Part shown: positions 8,590 through 18,583 of the stretch, in pieces
Position numbering within the stretch: position 1 is the first letter of the stretch
Layout of the letters: each line of letters opens with the position of its first letter
DNA from: a bacterium
Lineage (GTDB): Bacteria > UBA8248 > JACPRG01 > G963555815
DNA: 64,000 bases
Assembly: GCA_965261595.1 (NCBI GenBank)
Contig: CBDHDG010000005.1
Span: 224,001 to 288,000, forward strand
Reading direction: 5' to 3'
The notes under the pieces: model-generated
Seen by the model: the letters and a program-made list of their open reading frames with translations, nothing else
What the model was told of the DNA's origin: nothing
Databases searched by the model: none
Program-made: the position numbers and the translations under genes

Positions 8590-11500
8590 TTCATGTCCTC
8601 CAGGGCGGCTTCGTTTTCCAGGAAGATTTGTTTCAGTTGAGCCGCCATTTCATCCGGCGGCGACTCCCAATATCCTCGCTCCTGCGCTTCCAGCAATCGC
8701 TCGACCATGCCCCGGAGGGCCCAGGGATTCTTTTCCTGTAAGAAATTTCGCACGGATTCGTCGAAGATATACGCTTCGGTGACCTTTTCATACATCCAGG
8801 GCTCGATGACGTGCGCGGTCACGTCATACCCGAAGAGATAGTCCACTGTGACGGCCAGCTCGAAAGCGCCGCGGTAGCCGTGTCGTTGAATCGATTTGAT
8901 CCACTTGGGGTTCACGACCCGGGAGCGAAAAACGCGCACGACCTCCTCGCGCAAGTCTCGAATCTTCACGCGATCGGGTTTCGACGTGTCCCCGAAGTAC
9001 GCCTTCGGATTCTTCCCGGTCAGCGAGCGAATGGAGGCGATCATCCCCCCATGGAACTGGAAGTAGTCATCACTGTCGAAGATGTCGTGCTCCCGGTTGT
9101 CCTGGTTCTGCACGGCCACATTCACGCCGGCGAGGCGGCGCCGAAACTCGTCAAAGGCCCGGACGCCGGGTGCGTCCCGGCCGTAGGCGTACCCGCCCCA
9201 CGCCACGTAGACATCGGTGAGGTCTTGGTCCGTTGACCAGTTGCGCCCATCGATCAAACTCAGCAGACCGGCCCCGTAGCTTCCCGGCTTGCTTCCGAAG
9301 ATTCGGTACGCGGCTTTTCGAGGATCAACGCCCCGCCGGACTTCTTCGGAGATGTTGCCCCGAACGTAGTTTTGCTCCGGAGACTCATCCAGATCAGCGA
9401 CGGTCTTCACGGCCTCGTCCAGAAGCTCAACGACATTCGGGAACGCGTCCCGGAAGAATCCGCTGATGCGAACCGTTACATCAATGCGGGGGCGTCCCAG
9501 TTCTTGGAGCGGAATGACCTCGATACCGATGATCCGCCGGTTGATGCCTTGCCATACCGGCCGAACACCGAGGAGATGGAGAATCTCGCCGATGTCGTCA
9601 CCACCGGTGCGCATGTTGGATGTCCCCCAGACGACGATGCCGATGGAACGCGGATATTCTCCCGTCTCTTTCAGATAGCGTTCCAGCACCCCTTCGGCGG
9701 CGCGCCGGCCGACTTTCACGGCGGTCTGGGTCGGGATGCCGCGGATGTCCACGGAGTAAAAATTGCGCCCGGTGGGTAGGATGGTGGCCATTCCCCGCGT
9801 GGGGGCGCCGCTCGGGCCGGGCGGGACGAACCGGCCTTCCAGCGCGACCAGGATATTGGAAATCTCGTCCGGGACCCGCTCCAGACGAGGCTTGACCTCC
9901 TCGGTCAGGAACGCGAGGGTTTTGGCTGAGCTCGGGCCGGCGGGGCGGGTTTCGGCCACCACCTCGCGCGAGCGTTGTTCTAAAAGTTCAATCAAATCAC
10001 CCGCCGTCCGGCAACCGGGATAGGAGACCCCCTTCGCGGGATCCTCAACCAGCGCCTCATAATCGACCCCGAGATCTTCCGCGACGGCGGCCGGCAAGCC
10101 GAGAACGCCGGACTGGTCCAAACGGACCAGTGAGACCAGGAGATCCGTCAGGCGGCCTTCTTCCGGCATTTCGCCCAGGACATGCAAACCGTCTCGAATC
10201 TGGGATTCCTTGATCTCGCAGAGATAACCATCGAACGTCTGAATGAAGTCATCCAACTCCTCCGCGGATGGCGGCCGGTCGTAATTCAGGTCCCGGTAGA
10301 TGCGGCTTTGGTCGATCAAATGCAGCATTTGCTCGGCGACGAGCGGGCATTTCGACGGATCCATAACGCTGACCTGTGCGTACTCGTCGGCGAGTTGTTC
10401 CAGTTTGACCAAATCTCCGTAGGACTCGGCCCGGGTCATCGGGGGGATCATGTGATCGACAATGACGGCATTCGAGCGACGCTTGGCCTGTGTTCCTTCT
10501 CCCGGATTGTTGATGATGTAAGGATAGATGTTGGGGATGGCGCCCAAGGCAATCTCCGGATAACAAGCTTCACTCAGCCCGATCCCCTTTCCGGGAAGCC
10601 ACTCCAGGTTTCCGTGTTTGCCGACGTGCACAATGGCGTGCGCCCCGAAGTCCTCGCGGATCCATTGGTAATAACTCAGGTAAAAGTGTGTGGGAGGCAG
10701 GTCCGGGCTATGGTAGACGGCGGCCGAGTCTTTCCCGTAGCCCCGGGAGGGCTGGATGCCGACAAAAACGTTGCCGAGCCGCAAACCGGGGATCGCCAGT
10801 CCGTCCGAGGCCATCATGTATGCGCCCGGCGGCTCGCCCCATTGCTCCGTGATGGCCTCGCGTCGGGACGTGGGTAAGCGCTCGAACCGCTCAAGATACC
10901 GCGTTGGACTCAACTTGAAAGGCGTGGAATCAAGATTCTCTTGTGTCTGAAACTCTTCGTCGTGTGTGCAGCCGGCCAAGAGCTCGTGAATCAAGGCGTC
11001 TCCGTTCTCCGGCAAAGGCCCCGTTTGGTATCCCGCCTCTTTCATGGACCGAAGCAGCCGGATAACACTCTCCGGTGTGTCCAGTCCCACGCCGTTGCCG
11101 ACCCGGGCGTCTCGGGTGGGATAGTTATTGAAAAGAACGGCAACGCGCTTTTCAGAGACGGGGGCCCGGCGAAGCGCGCACCAGGAAATCGCCAAACGGG
11201 CGATCTGACGGACCCGATCGTCTAACGGAACGTTGCGGCGCAATTCGACTCCCAGCGCGTCATCCCGTTCGCCATCTCCTTTAAAGGTCATGGGGACCGA
11301 GATGATCCGGCCGTCGAATTCTGGAAGGGCCACGTGCATGGCGACGTCCTGCGGACTCAGGCCTGTCTCCGACGCGCCCCATTCCTCGAGACTGGATCCG
11401 CTGAAGATAGCCTGGATCACCGGGCAATCAAGCCCGTGGGGCGCGCCGAAAGCCAGGGTCGAGATCAACACGTCCGCGTCCGGGAGATGATCGCGAATCA

Positions 11501-12176
11501 CCAACGGCACACCGTTTTCATCTCTTTCCTTGAGGGATTCGCAAAACACGGGACGGGCGCGGCCGCCCAAATGTTGGATTTCGCGGGCCAAGGCGTCGAC
11601 GGCAAGCAGGTTCCCCGAGAGCCAGTGCGCCCGATAGAACAAGATGCCGACGAGCGGCGCTTCCGCGCGAACCGGGGGCAGGTCCGTGGGCTCGTATACG
11701 CCTCGGTCCGGCGTCGGTTGAGCCGGGTCGTAGCCATATCCCGTCAGCAGAAAACGGTCGGAAAGATGTCGGAGAAGATGCTCGAAGTTGCTCACGCCCC
11801 CGTACACGAAGTATTCCAACACCCCGGTGAGTGTGGAAATAGGGGCTGTGCTGATCGCGGTAAGCTCGGGATCGAGCTCCCGGCTTCCAGGCAACGCGAT
11901 CAGCGGGACGTCATGGTCGCGGCAGGCTTTCGAGAGAATTTCAAAACCATCTTGAAAATAGGCGAATCCACCCAGGATTCGGACGAGAAGGACACGGGCC
12001 GTGGGAACGACCTCCCGTGCGTAGCGGTCGAGGTCTTCCGGCTGGGACAGGCGCCGGATGTGCGCGGCCCGAACGCGGGGGAAATCCTGAGGCAGCCGGC
12101 CGCGCGCCTGAGACAGGCTCAGGATCTCGGTGTCCGCCGCGGTGATGAACAGGATCTCTCCCTGCTGGCAACCCAT
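8586..12176 (-). CDS. cobN: Cobaltochelatase subunit CobN
   Basis: 1196 aa; LPEFDG, HVGKHGNLEWLPGK, PGEGTQAKRR, LPTGRNFY, RISGFFRDAFP, RVVNPKWI. Confidence 0.95.
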   Translation of the reverse strand: MGCQQGEILFITAADTEILSLSQARGRLPQDFPRVRAAHIRRLSQPEDLDRYAREVVPTARVLLVRILGGFAYFQDGFEILSKACRDHDVPLIALPGSRELDPELTAISTAPISTLTGVLEYFVYGGVSNFEHLLRHLSDRFLLTGYGYDPAQPTPDRGVYEPTDLPPVRAEAPLVGILFYRAHWLSGNLLAVDALAREIQHLGGRARPVFCESLKERDENGVPLVIRDHLPDADVLISTLAFGAPHGLDCPVIQAIFSGSSLEEWGASETGLSPQDVAMHVALPEFDGRIISVPMTFKGDGERDDALGVELRRNVPLDDRVRQIARLAISWCALRRAPVSEKRVAVLFNNYPTRDARVGNGVGLDTPESVIRLLRSMKEAGYQTGPLPENGDALIHELLAGCTHDEEFQTQENLDSTPFKLSPTRYLERFERLPTSRREAITEQWGEPPGAYMMASDGLAIPGLRLGNVFVGIQPSRGYGKDSAAVYHSPDLPPTHFYLSYYQWIREDFGAHAIVHVGKHGNLEWLPGKGIGLSEACYPEIALGAIPNIYPYIINNPGEGTQAKRRSNAVIVDHMIPPMTRAESYGDLVKLEQLADEYAQVSVMDPSKCPLVAEQMLHLIDQSRIYRDLNYDRPPSAEELDDFIQTFDGYLCEIKESQIRDGLHVLGEMPEEGRLTDLLVSLVRLDQSGVLGLPAAVAEDLGVDYEALVEDPAKGVSYPGCRTAGDLIELLEQRSREVVAETRPAGPSSAKTLAFLTEEVKPRLERVPDEISNILVALEGRFVPPGPSGAPTRGMATILPTGRNFYSVDIRGIPTQTAVKVGRRAAEGVLERYLKETGEYPRSIGIVVWGTSNMRTGGDDIGEILHLLGVRPVWQGINRRIIGIEVIPLQELGRPRIDVTVRISGFFRDAFPNVVELLDEAVKTVADLDESPEQNYVRGNISEEVRRGVDPRKAAYRIFGSKPGSYGAGLLSLIDGRNWSTDQDLTDVYVAWGGYAYGRDAPGVRAFDEFRRRLAGVNVAVQNQDNREHDIFDSDDYFQFHGGMIASIRSLTGKNPKAYFGDTSKPDRVKIRDLREEVVRVFRSRVVNPKWIKSIQRHGYRGAFELAVTVDYLFGYDVTAHVIEPWMYEKVTEAYIFDESVRNFLQEKNPWALRGMVERLLEAQERGYWESPPDEMAAQLKQIFLENEAALEDMK

Positions 12177-12267
12177 TCAGCTTCTCCCGCCGGCGTGAAT
12201 CCCGCGGACCGGCTTTGGACGCCTCATCCTGTTTTCACCTGGATGTCTCACGATAAGGTTTTTCCCA

Positions 12268-14382
12268 TCACCACCTCAGCTCGATTCCGCCCAGGACGTT
12301 GATCCCCGGAGATTCGATGCCGAACGTTTCCTGGTAATCGTTGTTGAGCAGATTCCGGATCAGGAGCCTGAGCCTGAGCTCGCGGCCCTTCGGTTTAAAG
12401 GCGATGACGCGATACGACGCGGCGAGGTCGAGCTTTCCGAACGCATTATTGACCACCCGCCGGCCGGACGAGGAAGCGGCGAAGTCGCGATCGATACGGT
12501 CACCGACCACGGTCCCGGATAAATTCGCCTGAAGGTCGCCCCACCGGACATCGATAAAGAACGATCCGCCGTGCCGCGGACGGCGAAGGAGCTGTTCGCC
12601 CTCTACGAAAGAAGTGTTCGTCAGCCCCCCGGCATCTGTGACTTCCGTTTCAAGATAGGTGTACGCGCCGCCGAACCTGATCTCTTCGGAGAGACGGAAT
12701 GTAAAGCCGGTTTCGAGCCCATGCGATTCCGCCTCTTGAATGTTCTGGTAGGTTCCGACGAGGAAAGAGCCGACCAGGGCAATCATATCCTTATACCGGT
12801 TCTGAAAATAGGTGGCCGACAGCAGGAGTTTACCCTCCCAGACAGTTTGGTCCAGACCGATTTCCCAGGAAAAGGATCGTTCCGGATCGAGATCGGAATT
12901 TCCTTGAATCCCTCCCAAGCCGAACGTCTCGAGGAAGCGCGGTTCCTTGAGCCCGGTTCCGATGGCGCCGCGGATCTTCGTCCCGATGGATCGAAGCAGA
13001 TACGCGATGGAGCCGCGTGGATTGAACGAGCTGCCGAACTTGGAGTTGTCATCGAAGCGAAAACCAGCGGTCAAATATAACCGCTCGGAGATGGAAAGCC
13101 GCTCTTGGAGGTAATAAGCGAATGTGGTTCTCGTCTCATCCAAATTACGTCTCGATACGGCGCCACTGGATGAAATTGTCTTGCGGTCCTGATTAAATGT
13201 TTCCGGCTCGAATTCGAAGCCCAGTGTGAGCGTGCTTCCCACGTGACTCCAGGGTGAGCCCCGAAAAAGTTGACGGTAATCCACGGAGAGTCTTCGCTCG
13301 TCCGTGAAGACCTCGATGTCCGAAAAATCCGAGGGGATGGGGTCGTTTCCATCGAAGTCCCGGTTGCTGTAGTCGAAAAGCCCCACCTTCAGACGATTTC
13401 CCCACCATTCATTGGCATTGAATTCCAGGTCGAAGCCGACGATGATTTCCTCGGTTTCGCGCCCTTGATCGGGATCGATTGGGGGAAACCCCCGTCCGGC
13501 GACAAAATCAGTCGGGAAGTTGAAGTCGCTTTGGATGTATCCCACGGTGAGACCGAGGGAGAGGAGTGGGTTCGGGTCGAGATCGAATCTTGCGCGGAGC
13601 GATGTGTTTTTCGCCTCGTTGTTCAGATCGAGCAGCCCATCGGTGTCGTATCGTCCGGCCGATAGGGAATACCCGAACTTTTTGATTCCTCCTCTGAGGG
13701 AAAGTCGTTCTTCCGTTGTGTGATAGCTCCCGCCTTGCGCCACCAATTCGGCCTTCAGCGGACCTTTCCCCCGCTTCGAGATAATATTGATGGTCGAGGC
13801 AATCGCGTCCGAGCCGTACAGGCTGCTCAAAGGTCCTCGGATGATCTCTATTCTCTCGATGTTGTCAGCCGCCAGATTGGCGAAGTTAAAGAATCCACCG
13901 GCCTGATTGATTTGAACGCCGTCGATCATCACCAGGTTGTAATCGGGTTCGCCCCCTCGGACGAAGGTGGAGGTCCTCCCGCCGCGGCTTCCCGCCTGCA
14001 CGATGGTGAACCCCGGAACTCCCCGGAGCAGATCGAGCACGTCTCGCGCTTTTCGGCGTTCGATCTCCTTCGCTGTGATAACGGTCACCGACGCGCCCAC
14101 CTGCTCCAAAGGGATCTCTATCTTCGTCGCGGTCACGATCACTTCCGGAAGGACGAATTCCTGTGCGGACTCCGTAGGGGCCGATTCGCCCGCGGGCCGC
14201 TGGGCGGGCGCCTCTTGACCCATGAGGAAAAGAGATAAGGCCGCCGCGCCATAAATACGGAAACGCTTTCGAGCGGTTTTTTTCCCGGAGGTGTTCCAAA
14301 GATCGGGTCCGGTCCATGTGACTTCATCACCGGGCCGTCGGACGTTTATGTTCCCAACGCTTGCCAAGACAAATGCCTCCAT
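12268..14382 (-). CDS. btuB: TonB-dependent receptor, BtuB-like (start codon uncertain)
   Basis: EVIVTATK TonB-box region, plug motif IERIEIIRGP.S.LYG, LDPERS, C-terminal aromatic residue (W); located in the B12 operon. Confidence 0.8.
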   Translation of the reverse strand: MEAFVLASVGNINVRRPGDEVTWTGPDLWNTSGKKTARKRFRIYGAAALSLFLMGQEAPAQRPAGESAPTESAQEFVLPEVIVTATKIEIPLEQVGASVTVITAKEIERRKARDVLDLLRGVPGFTIVQAGSRGGRTSTFVRGGEPDYNLVMIDGVQINQAGGFFNFANLAADNIERIEIIRGPLSSLYGSDAIASTINIISKRGKGPLKAELVAQGGSYHTTEERLSLRGGIKKFGYSLSAGRYDTDGLLDLNNEAKNTSLRARFDLDPNPLLSLGLTVGYIQSDFNFPTDFVAGRGFPPIDPDQGRETEEIIVGFDLEFNANEWWGNRLKVGLFDYSNRDFDGNDPIPSDFSDIEVFTDERRLSVDYRQLFRGSPWSHVGSTLTLGFEFEPETFNQDRKTISSSGAVSRRNLDETRTTFAYYLQERLSISERLYLTAGFRFDDNSKFGSSFNPRGSIAYLLRSIGTKIRGAIGTGLKEPRFLETFGLGGIQGNSDLDPERSFSWEIGLDQTVWEGKLLLSATYFQNRYKDMIALVGSFLVGTYQNIQEAESHGLETGFTFRLSEEIRFGGAYTYLETEVTDAGGLTNTSFVEGEQLLRRPRHGGSFFIDVRWGDLQANLSGTVVGDRIDRDFAASSSGRRVVNNAFGKLDLAASYRVIAFKPKGRELRLRLLIRNLLNNDYQETFGIESPGINVLGGIELRW

Positions 14383-15341
14383 GGTTCCATCGATAGGATG
14401 AACGCCCGAATTCCGGTGAAGAACGCGAGACCGATGATGGATGTCGCGTACATCCACTTGACAGCGCGGGGGATGTCCCGTGGTTCGAGGTCACGAAGCG
14501 CATCGCCGAGATGGGGTCGTTTTTCCGCCTTTCCTTGATAGATGTTGACGCCGCCCAACTGGACGCCCAGAGCGCCCGCCACGGCGGCTTCGCTGATGGC
14601 CGCGTTCGGACTGGGGCTCTTGCGCCCGTCCCGCCAAGAGACGGACCAACAGCGGGCGGCGTTCAGGCCGCACAGAAGCGAGGCTACGGGATAGAAGAAC
14701 CGGGCCACCCTCGCCGGAACGAGATTGAGCAGGTCATCCAGCCGGGCCGAGGCCCAGCCGAAGCGAATGTATCGTTCGTCGCGGTGGCCCGTCATGGAGT
14801 CCAGGGTGTTGGCCGCCTTGAAAGCCATGGCCAGGGGGGCGCCGCCGAGAACCGCGAAGAACAGCGGAGAAAGGATGCCGTCGACGGTTCCTTCCGCGAT
14901 GGTCTCCACCGCTCCCCGGACGATTTCCCGCTCATTCAACTGATCGGTCGAGCGGCCGACGATCATTGAGAGGTCCTTGCGCGCGGCGTTTCGGTCTCCC
15001 CGCTGGAGGGACCGGAAAACTTTCATGCTCTCTTGATCCAAGTCGCGCGCCGCGAGGGCCGAGTAGAGAAAGTACACGGTCAGGATCAGGGTCAGGCGGT
15101 GGTCGAATCTCTCAGCCGCATTCAGGATTCCCCACACGGCGAAATAGGCCCCCCCGGCGACCATCGCCGCGAGAAGCGTTCCGGAAGAGCGGTTGCGGCC
15201 AAAAAGGCGCGTCAACAGGGGTTCCAGTCTTACGGTGACCCGCCCAATCAGACGCACCGGGTGCGGAAGCCAGCGGGGATCGCCGAGGATCCGGTCCAGG
15301 CCGAAGGCGGCCATCATGGAAACGCTCAGCTCGTCGATCAC
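14346..15341 (-). CDS. cbiB: Adenosylcobinamide-phosphate synthase CbiB
   Basis: GDP..PHPV, IVGRST, ETIAE..DG..SPLF, NTLDSM.G, SPNA..EAA.AGAL. Confidence 0.93.
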   Translation of the reverse strand: MIDELSVSMMAAFGLDRILGDPRWLPHPVRLIGRVTVRLEPLLTRLFGRNRSSGTLLAAMVAGGAYFAVWGILNAAERFDHRLTLILTVYFLYSALAARDLDQESMKVFRSLQRGDRNAARKDLSMIVGRSTDQLNEREIVRGAVETIAEGTVDGILSPLFFAVLGGAPLAMAFKAANTLDSMTGHRDERYIRFGWASARLDDLLNLVPARVARFFYPVASLLCGLNAARCWSVSWRDGRKSPSPNAAISEAAVAGALGVQLGGVNIYQGKAEKRPHLGDALRDLEPRDIPRAVKWMYATSIIGLAFFTGIRAFILSMEPWRHLSWQALGT

Positions 15342-16825
15342 GCCACCCGCCTCACAATCTTGTAAATCTCGCCGATATCCAGGTCCGCCCTGACCCGATC
15401 CGCCAATTGATCAATCGCGCCGGAGAGGTTCGTATCGGCCGGCGTCCACAGCGGGTCCAGGCCTTTTCGAGCTCGCAACGCGTTGATGAAACGGCGGCGG
15501 AATGGACCGCTATCAAAAACCCCATGGATGTACGTGCCCCAGACCCGGCCTTGGTCGGCCGAGGCGCCGTCCCAGTCACTGGCGGGTTTTCCAAGTCGTT
15601 CCACAACCCGGAAGACGGCCTTCCCTTCGCCCCGTGTCTTTCCCATGTGAATCTCGTAACCGCTCACCTCCGCGCCGCTTTCGATGTGAATCGCTCGGAC
15701 CTGGGCGGTCTGCTTGTTCTCGTCGAACACCGTCTCCATCGGCAGAAGGCCGAGTCCCTTCTCCGTCTCTGTTTCTGATTCGATATGGTCGGGATCCCGT
15801 AACACCCTCCCCATCATCTGGAAGCCTCCGCAAATTCCGGCCACGGTGACTCCCTGTTCCCGGCAGCGCGCTACATGCTCGGGAAAACCCGCGGACTTGA
15901 GACGCCGGAGGTCGGGAATCGTGCTCTTGGTCCCAGGGAGCAGGAGGGCATCGGATAGAAGATCTTCAGGGCGGTCCACGTAGCGAAGGGAGACGTCCGG
16001 CTCGGCTTTCAGCGCGTCGAAGTCCGTGAAGTTGGAGATCCGGGGATGACGGATCACGTCGATACGGACGCTGCCTTCGTGATGCTCCGCGTTTCCGTTC
16101 CACAAAGGGACGCTGTCTTCCTCGGGAAGGCGGATGTCTTGATAGAACGGAAGAACGCCGAGCACCTTTTGTCCCGTCTCGGCCTCCAGGTAATCCAAAC
16201 CGGGTTTCAGGATTTCGGGATCGCCGCGGAACTTATTAATCACGAATCCACAAATCCGGGCCCGTTCTTCTTCCAGGAGCAGATGCAGCGTTCCGACCAA
16301 CTGCGCGAATACGCCGCCGAAGTCGATGTCTCCGACGAGGATGACCGGAGCGTCCGCCAGGGCGGCGGTCTTCATGTTGACGATGTCGCTCTCGCGCAGG
16401 TTGATCTCCGCCGGGCTGCCCGCCCCCTCGATCAGGACCAGGTCGTATTCATCTCGAAGCTGGTCAAGGCACCGCTGAACCGTCGGAATCAGGGAGGGCT
16501 TGAAGTTTTGGTATTCCCTTGCGTTCATCGTTTTGACCGGACGGCCCATGACAATGACCTGGGAACCCGAATCCGTGCATGGCTTGAGCAGAACGGGATT
16601 CATCTCAACTGCCGGCGCCACGCCGCAGGCCATCGCCTGCAAGGTCTGGGAACGCGCGATTTCTCCGCCGTCACGGCACACGAACGAGTTGTTCGACATG
16701 TTCTGCGCCTTGAAAGGGGCTACGCGCAGGCCGTCCTGGCGGAAAATTCGGCCAAGCGCGGTCACAAGAAGGCTCTTGCCGACGTGCGAGCCGGTCCCCT
16801 GGACCATCAGCGTCCGGCTGGGCAT
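15338..16825 (-). CDS. cobQ: Cobyric acid synthase CobQ/CbiP
   Basis: MVQGTGSHVGKS, PFKAQNMS, EGAGSPAEINL, GICGGFQM, GYEIH.G, GTYIHG. Confidence 0.95.
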   Translation of the reverse strand: MPSRTLMVQGTGSHVGKSLLVTALGRIFRQDGLRVAPFKAQNMSNNSFVCRDGGEIARSQTLQAMACGVAPAVEMNPVLLKPCTDSGSQVIVMGRPVKTMNAREYQNFKPSLIPTVQRCLDQLRDEYDLVLIEGAGSPAEINLRESDIVNMKTAALADAPVILVGDIDFGGVFAQLVGTLHLLLEEERARICGFVINKFRGDPEILKPGLDYLEAETGQKVLGVLPFYQDIRLPEEDSVPLWNGNAEHHEGSVRIDVIRHPRISNFTDFDALKAEPDVSLRYVDRPEDLLSDALLLPGTKSTIPDLRRLKSAGFPEHVARCREQGVTVAGICGGFQMMGRVLRDPDHIESETETEKGLGLLPMETVFDENKQTAQVRAIHIESGAEVSGYEIHMGKTRGEGKAVFRVVERLGKPASDWDGASADQGRVWGTYIHGVFDSGPFRRRFINALRARKGLDPLWTPADTNLSGAIDQLADRVRADLDIGEIYKIVRRVA

Positions 16826-17775
16826 GGATTCATGATCTCCCTGCATGCGGCCAGAAGTCGGTCATTTTCCTCCCCTGTGCGCACCGCGAACCTCACGTAG
16901 CGGTTTGGTTCGATGGCGGTGAATGAATCGCAGTTTCTGGCGGCAATGCCGCGGCTGAGGAGCTCTCGACATAGGGATCCCGTGTCGGGGACCTTGCAGA
17001 GAACGAAGTTGGTTTCCGACGGAAGCGGATTCAGCCCCGCGTCCGAGAGCCCCCGGGTCAGGCTCTCGCGTAGCCGCCGAACCGTCCGGCGCGTGCGTTC
17101 GCCATACTCCCGATCCGCCAGCGCCGCGACCCCGGCTTGAATCGCGAGGGCGTTGACGTTCCACGGAGGCTGCAGGCGCCGGAGGCGTGAGATGGTGTCA
17201 GGCGCCGCGATCAGATAGCCGAGGCGAAGACCCGGAATGGCGTAAAACTTCGTCAGCGAACGGATCACGATCACCCGGGGGTCTTCCGCCGCCCTGTCCA
17301 CCAGCGATTCCGATCCCGCGGTAAAGTCCATGAACGCTTCATCGATGACGAGCTTCCCGTCCAACCGCAGGATCTCTTCCCGTGGAATCAAGCGTCCCTC
17401 CGGGCTGGTCGGATTGCCGGCGAAGGTTACGTCGTAGTTCTCTTGGTTCACAGGGATCCCCGCGGCCTCACAGGCGTCCTCGTATTCCGTGAAGGCGGGG
17501 ACGACCACGCGGGCCCGGAGGCCCACAAAGAGGCGTGTCACCAGATAGATCAAATCGCTGGCGCCGTTGCCCGCGAGAACGCACCCACGCGGGATGCGGT
17601 GGTGAGAGGCGGCCGCCTCGCAAAATTCTCCGGCGTCGGGCGTCGGGTATCGCAGGATTGAATCCGTCCGCTGGATCAAAAGGGATCGCACCCCCTCGGG
17701 CGGACCCAGCGGGTTCACGTTCGCGCTGAAGTCCAGGACGAATGGGTCGATCGCGCCCCCATGCCCCCGTTTCAC
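16807..17775 (-). CDS. cobD: L-threonine-O-3-phosphate decarboxylase (PLP-dependent)
   Basis: HGG...LDFSANVNPLG, DEAFMDF, RSLTKFYAIPGLRLGY; GTG start after GGAGG. Confidence 0.9.
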   Translation of the reverse strand: MKRGHGGAIDPFVLDFSANVNPLGPPEGVRSLLIQRTDSILRYPTPDAGEFCEAAASHHRIPRGCVLAGNGASDLIYLVTRLFVGLRARVVVPAFTEYEDACEAAGIPVNQENYDVTFAGNPTSPEGRLIPREEILRLDGKLVIDEAFMDFTAGSESLVDRAAEDPRVIVIRSLTKFYAIPGLRLGYLIAAPDTISRLRRLQPPWNVNALAIQAGVAALADREYGERTRRTVRRLRESLTRGLSDAGLNPLPSETNFVLCKVPDTGSLCRELLSRGIAARNCDSFTAIEPNRYVRFAVRTGEENDRLLAACREIMNPCPAGR

Positions 17776-18560
17776 AGGCGCCACCTCCAAAACACTTCCG
17801 GCAGAACCCCTTCAACAGCGGAAAATGACAGAGATGAGGTTGCCAGGAGGACCAGGAGAAATACGGTTTCCGCCACTTCGTTGGCGGCGCCGCAAACGTC
17901 TCCCGTCACGCCGTGGATTTTCCGCCAGACGACGCGAAGCAATATTCCCAACCCCCCCAGGGCTCCCAGCAGCGCGCATATCCCCGCGAATTTGAGGACG
18001 GAAAACGCCGCGACAATCATCAGAGACAAGGCGAGCGGCCAGTCCCACTTCGAGCGATGATCGGCGAACGCTTTGCCGAGACCGGAGGGTCGCGCGTAGG
18101 GAAAGGCCAGAACCATGACCATCGACCCGCGTCCGATGGCCGGCGCGACCAGAATCCCTCCCCTGCAGAACTCCTCGGACAAGGAGGCGAGCACGGCGGT
18201 TTTCAGAAGGAGCACGGTGACGATGGCGATGACGCCCATGGCGCCGACCTGCGGATCTCGCATGATCCGGAGCGCGTGGTCTCGATCCTTTCCGCCGTAA
18301 ACGCCGTCAACGGTGTCGGCCAGTCCGTCCAGGTGGAAAGCGCCGGAAAAGAGGATCAGAACGACCAGGGTCAGCACCCGCGCGGCCAAAACCGGAAGGA
18401 AGGCGCTGAACAATAGATAGGCGCCCAACAAAACGCCGCCGATGAGCCCGCCCACGATCGGAAAGAAGACCGCCGAACGTCCGATCTCCTTTTCCGTCGC
18501 GCCCTCGGCGGATAGGGGGATGCGTGTGAGAAATTGAACCGCCACCCAAAGGGATCTCAC
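17772..18560 (-). CDS. cobS: Cobalamin (adenosylcobinamide-GDP ribazoletransferase) synthase CobS
   Basis: QFLTRIP, HLDGLADT.DG, IMRD..VG..G, GVTGDV.GA..E. Confidence 0.95.
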   Translation of the reverse strand: MRSLWVAVQFLTRIPLSAEGATEKEIGRSAVFFPIVGGLIGGVLLGAYLLFSAFLPVLAARVLTLVVLILFSGAFHLDGLADTVDGVYGGKDRDHALRIMRDPQVGAMGVIAIVTVLLLKTAVLASLSEEFCRGGILVAPAIGRGSMVMVLAFPYARPSGLGKAFADHRSKWDWPLALSLMIVAAFSVLKFAGICALLGALGGLGILLRVVWRKIHGVTGDVCGAANEVAETVFLLVLLATSSLSFSAVEGVLPEVFWRWRL

Positions 18561-18583
18561 GTTCGCTTCAGTCCTCCGTTTGT

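Noticed and set aside
6727..12176. Magnesium chelatase / photosynthesis genes
   Set aside because: The context is a B12-riboswitch operon and no bch/chl genes are present; cobaltochelatase is more parsimonious.
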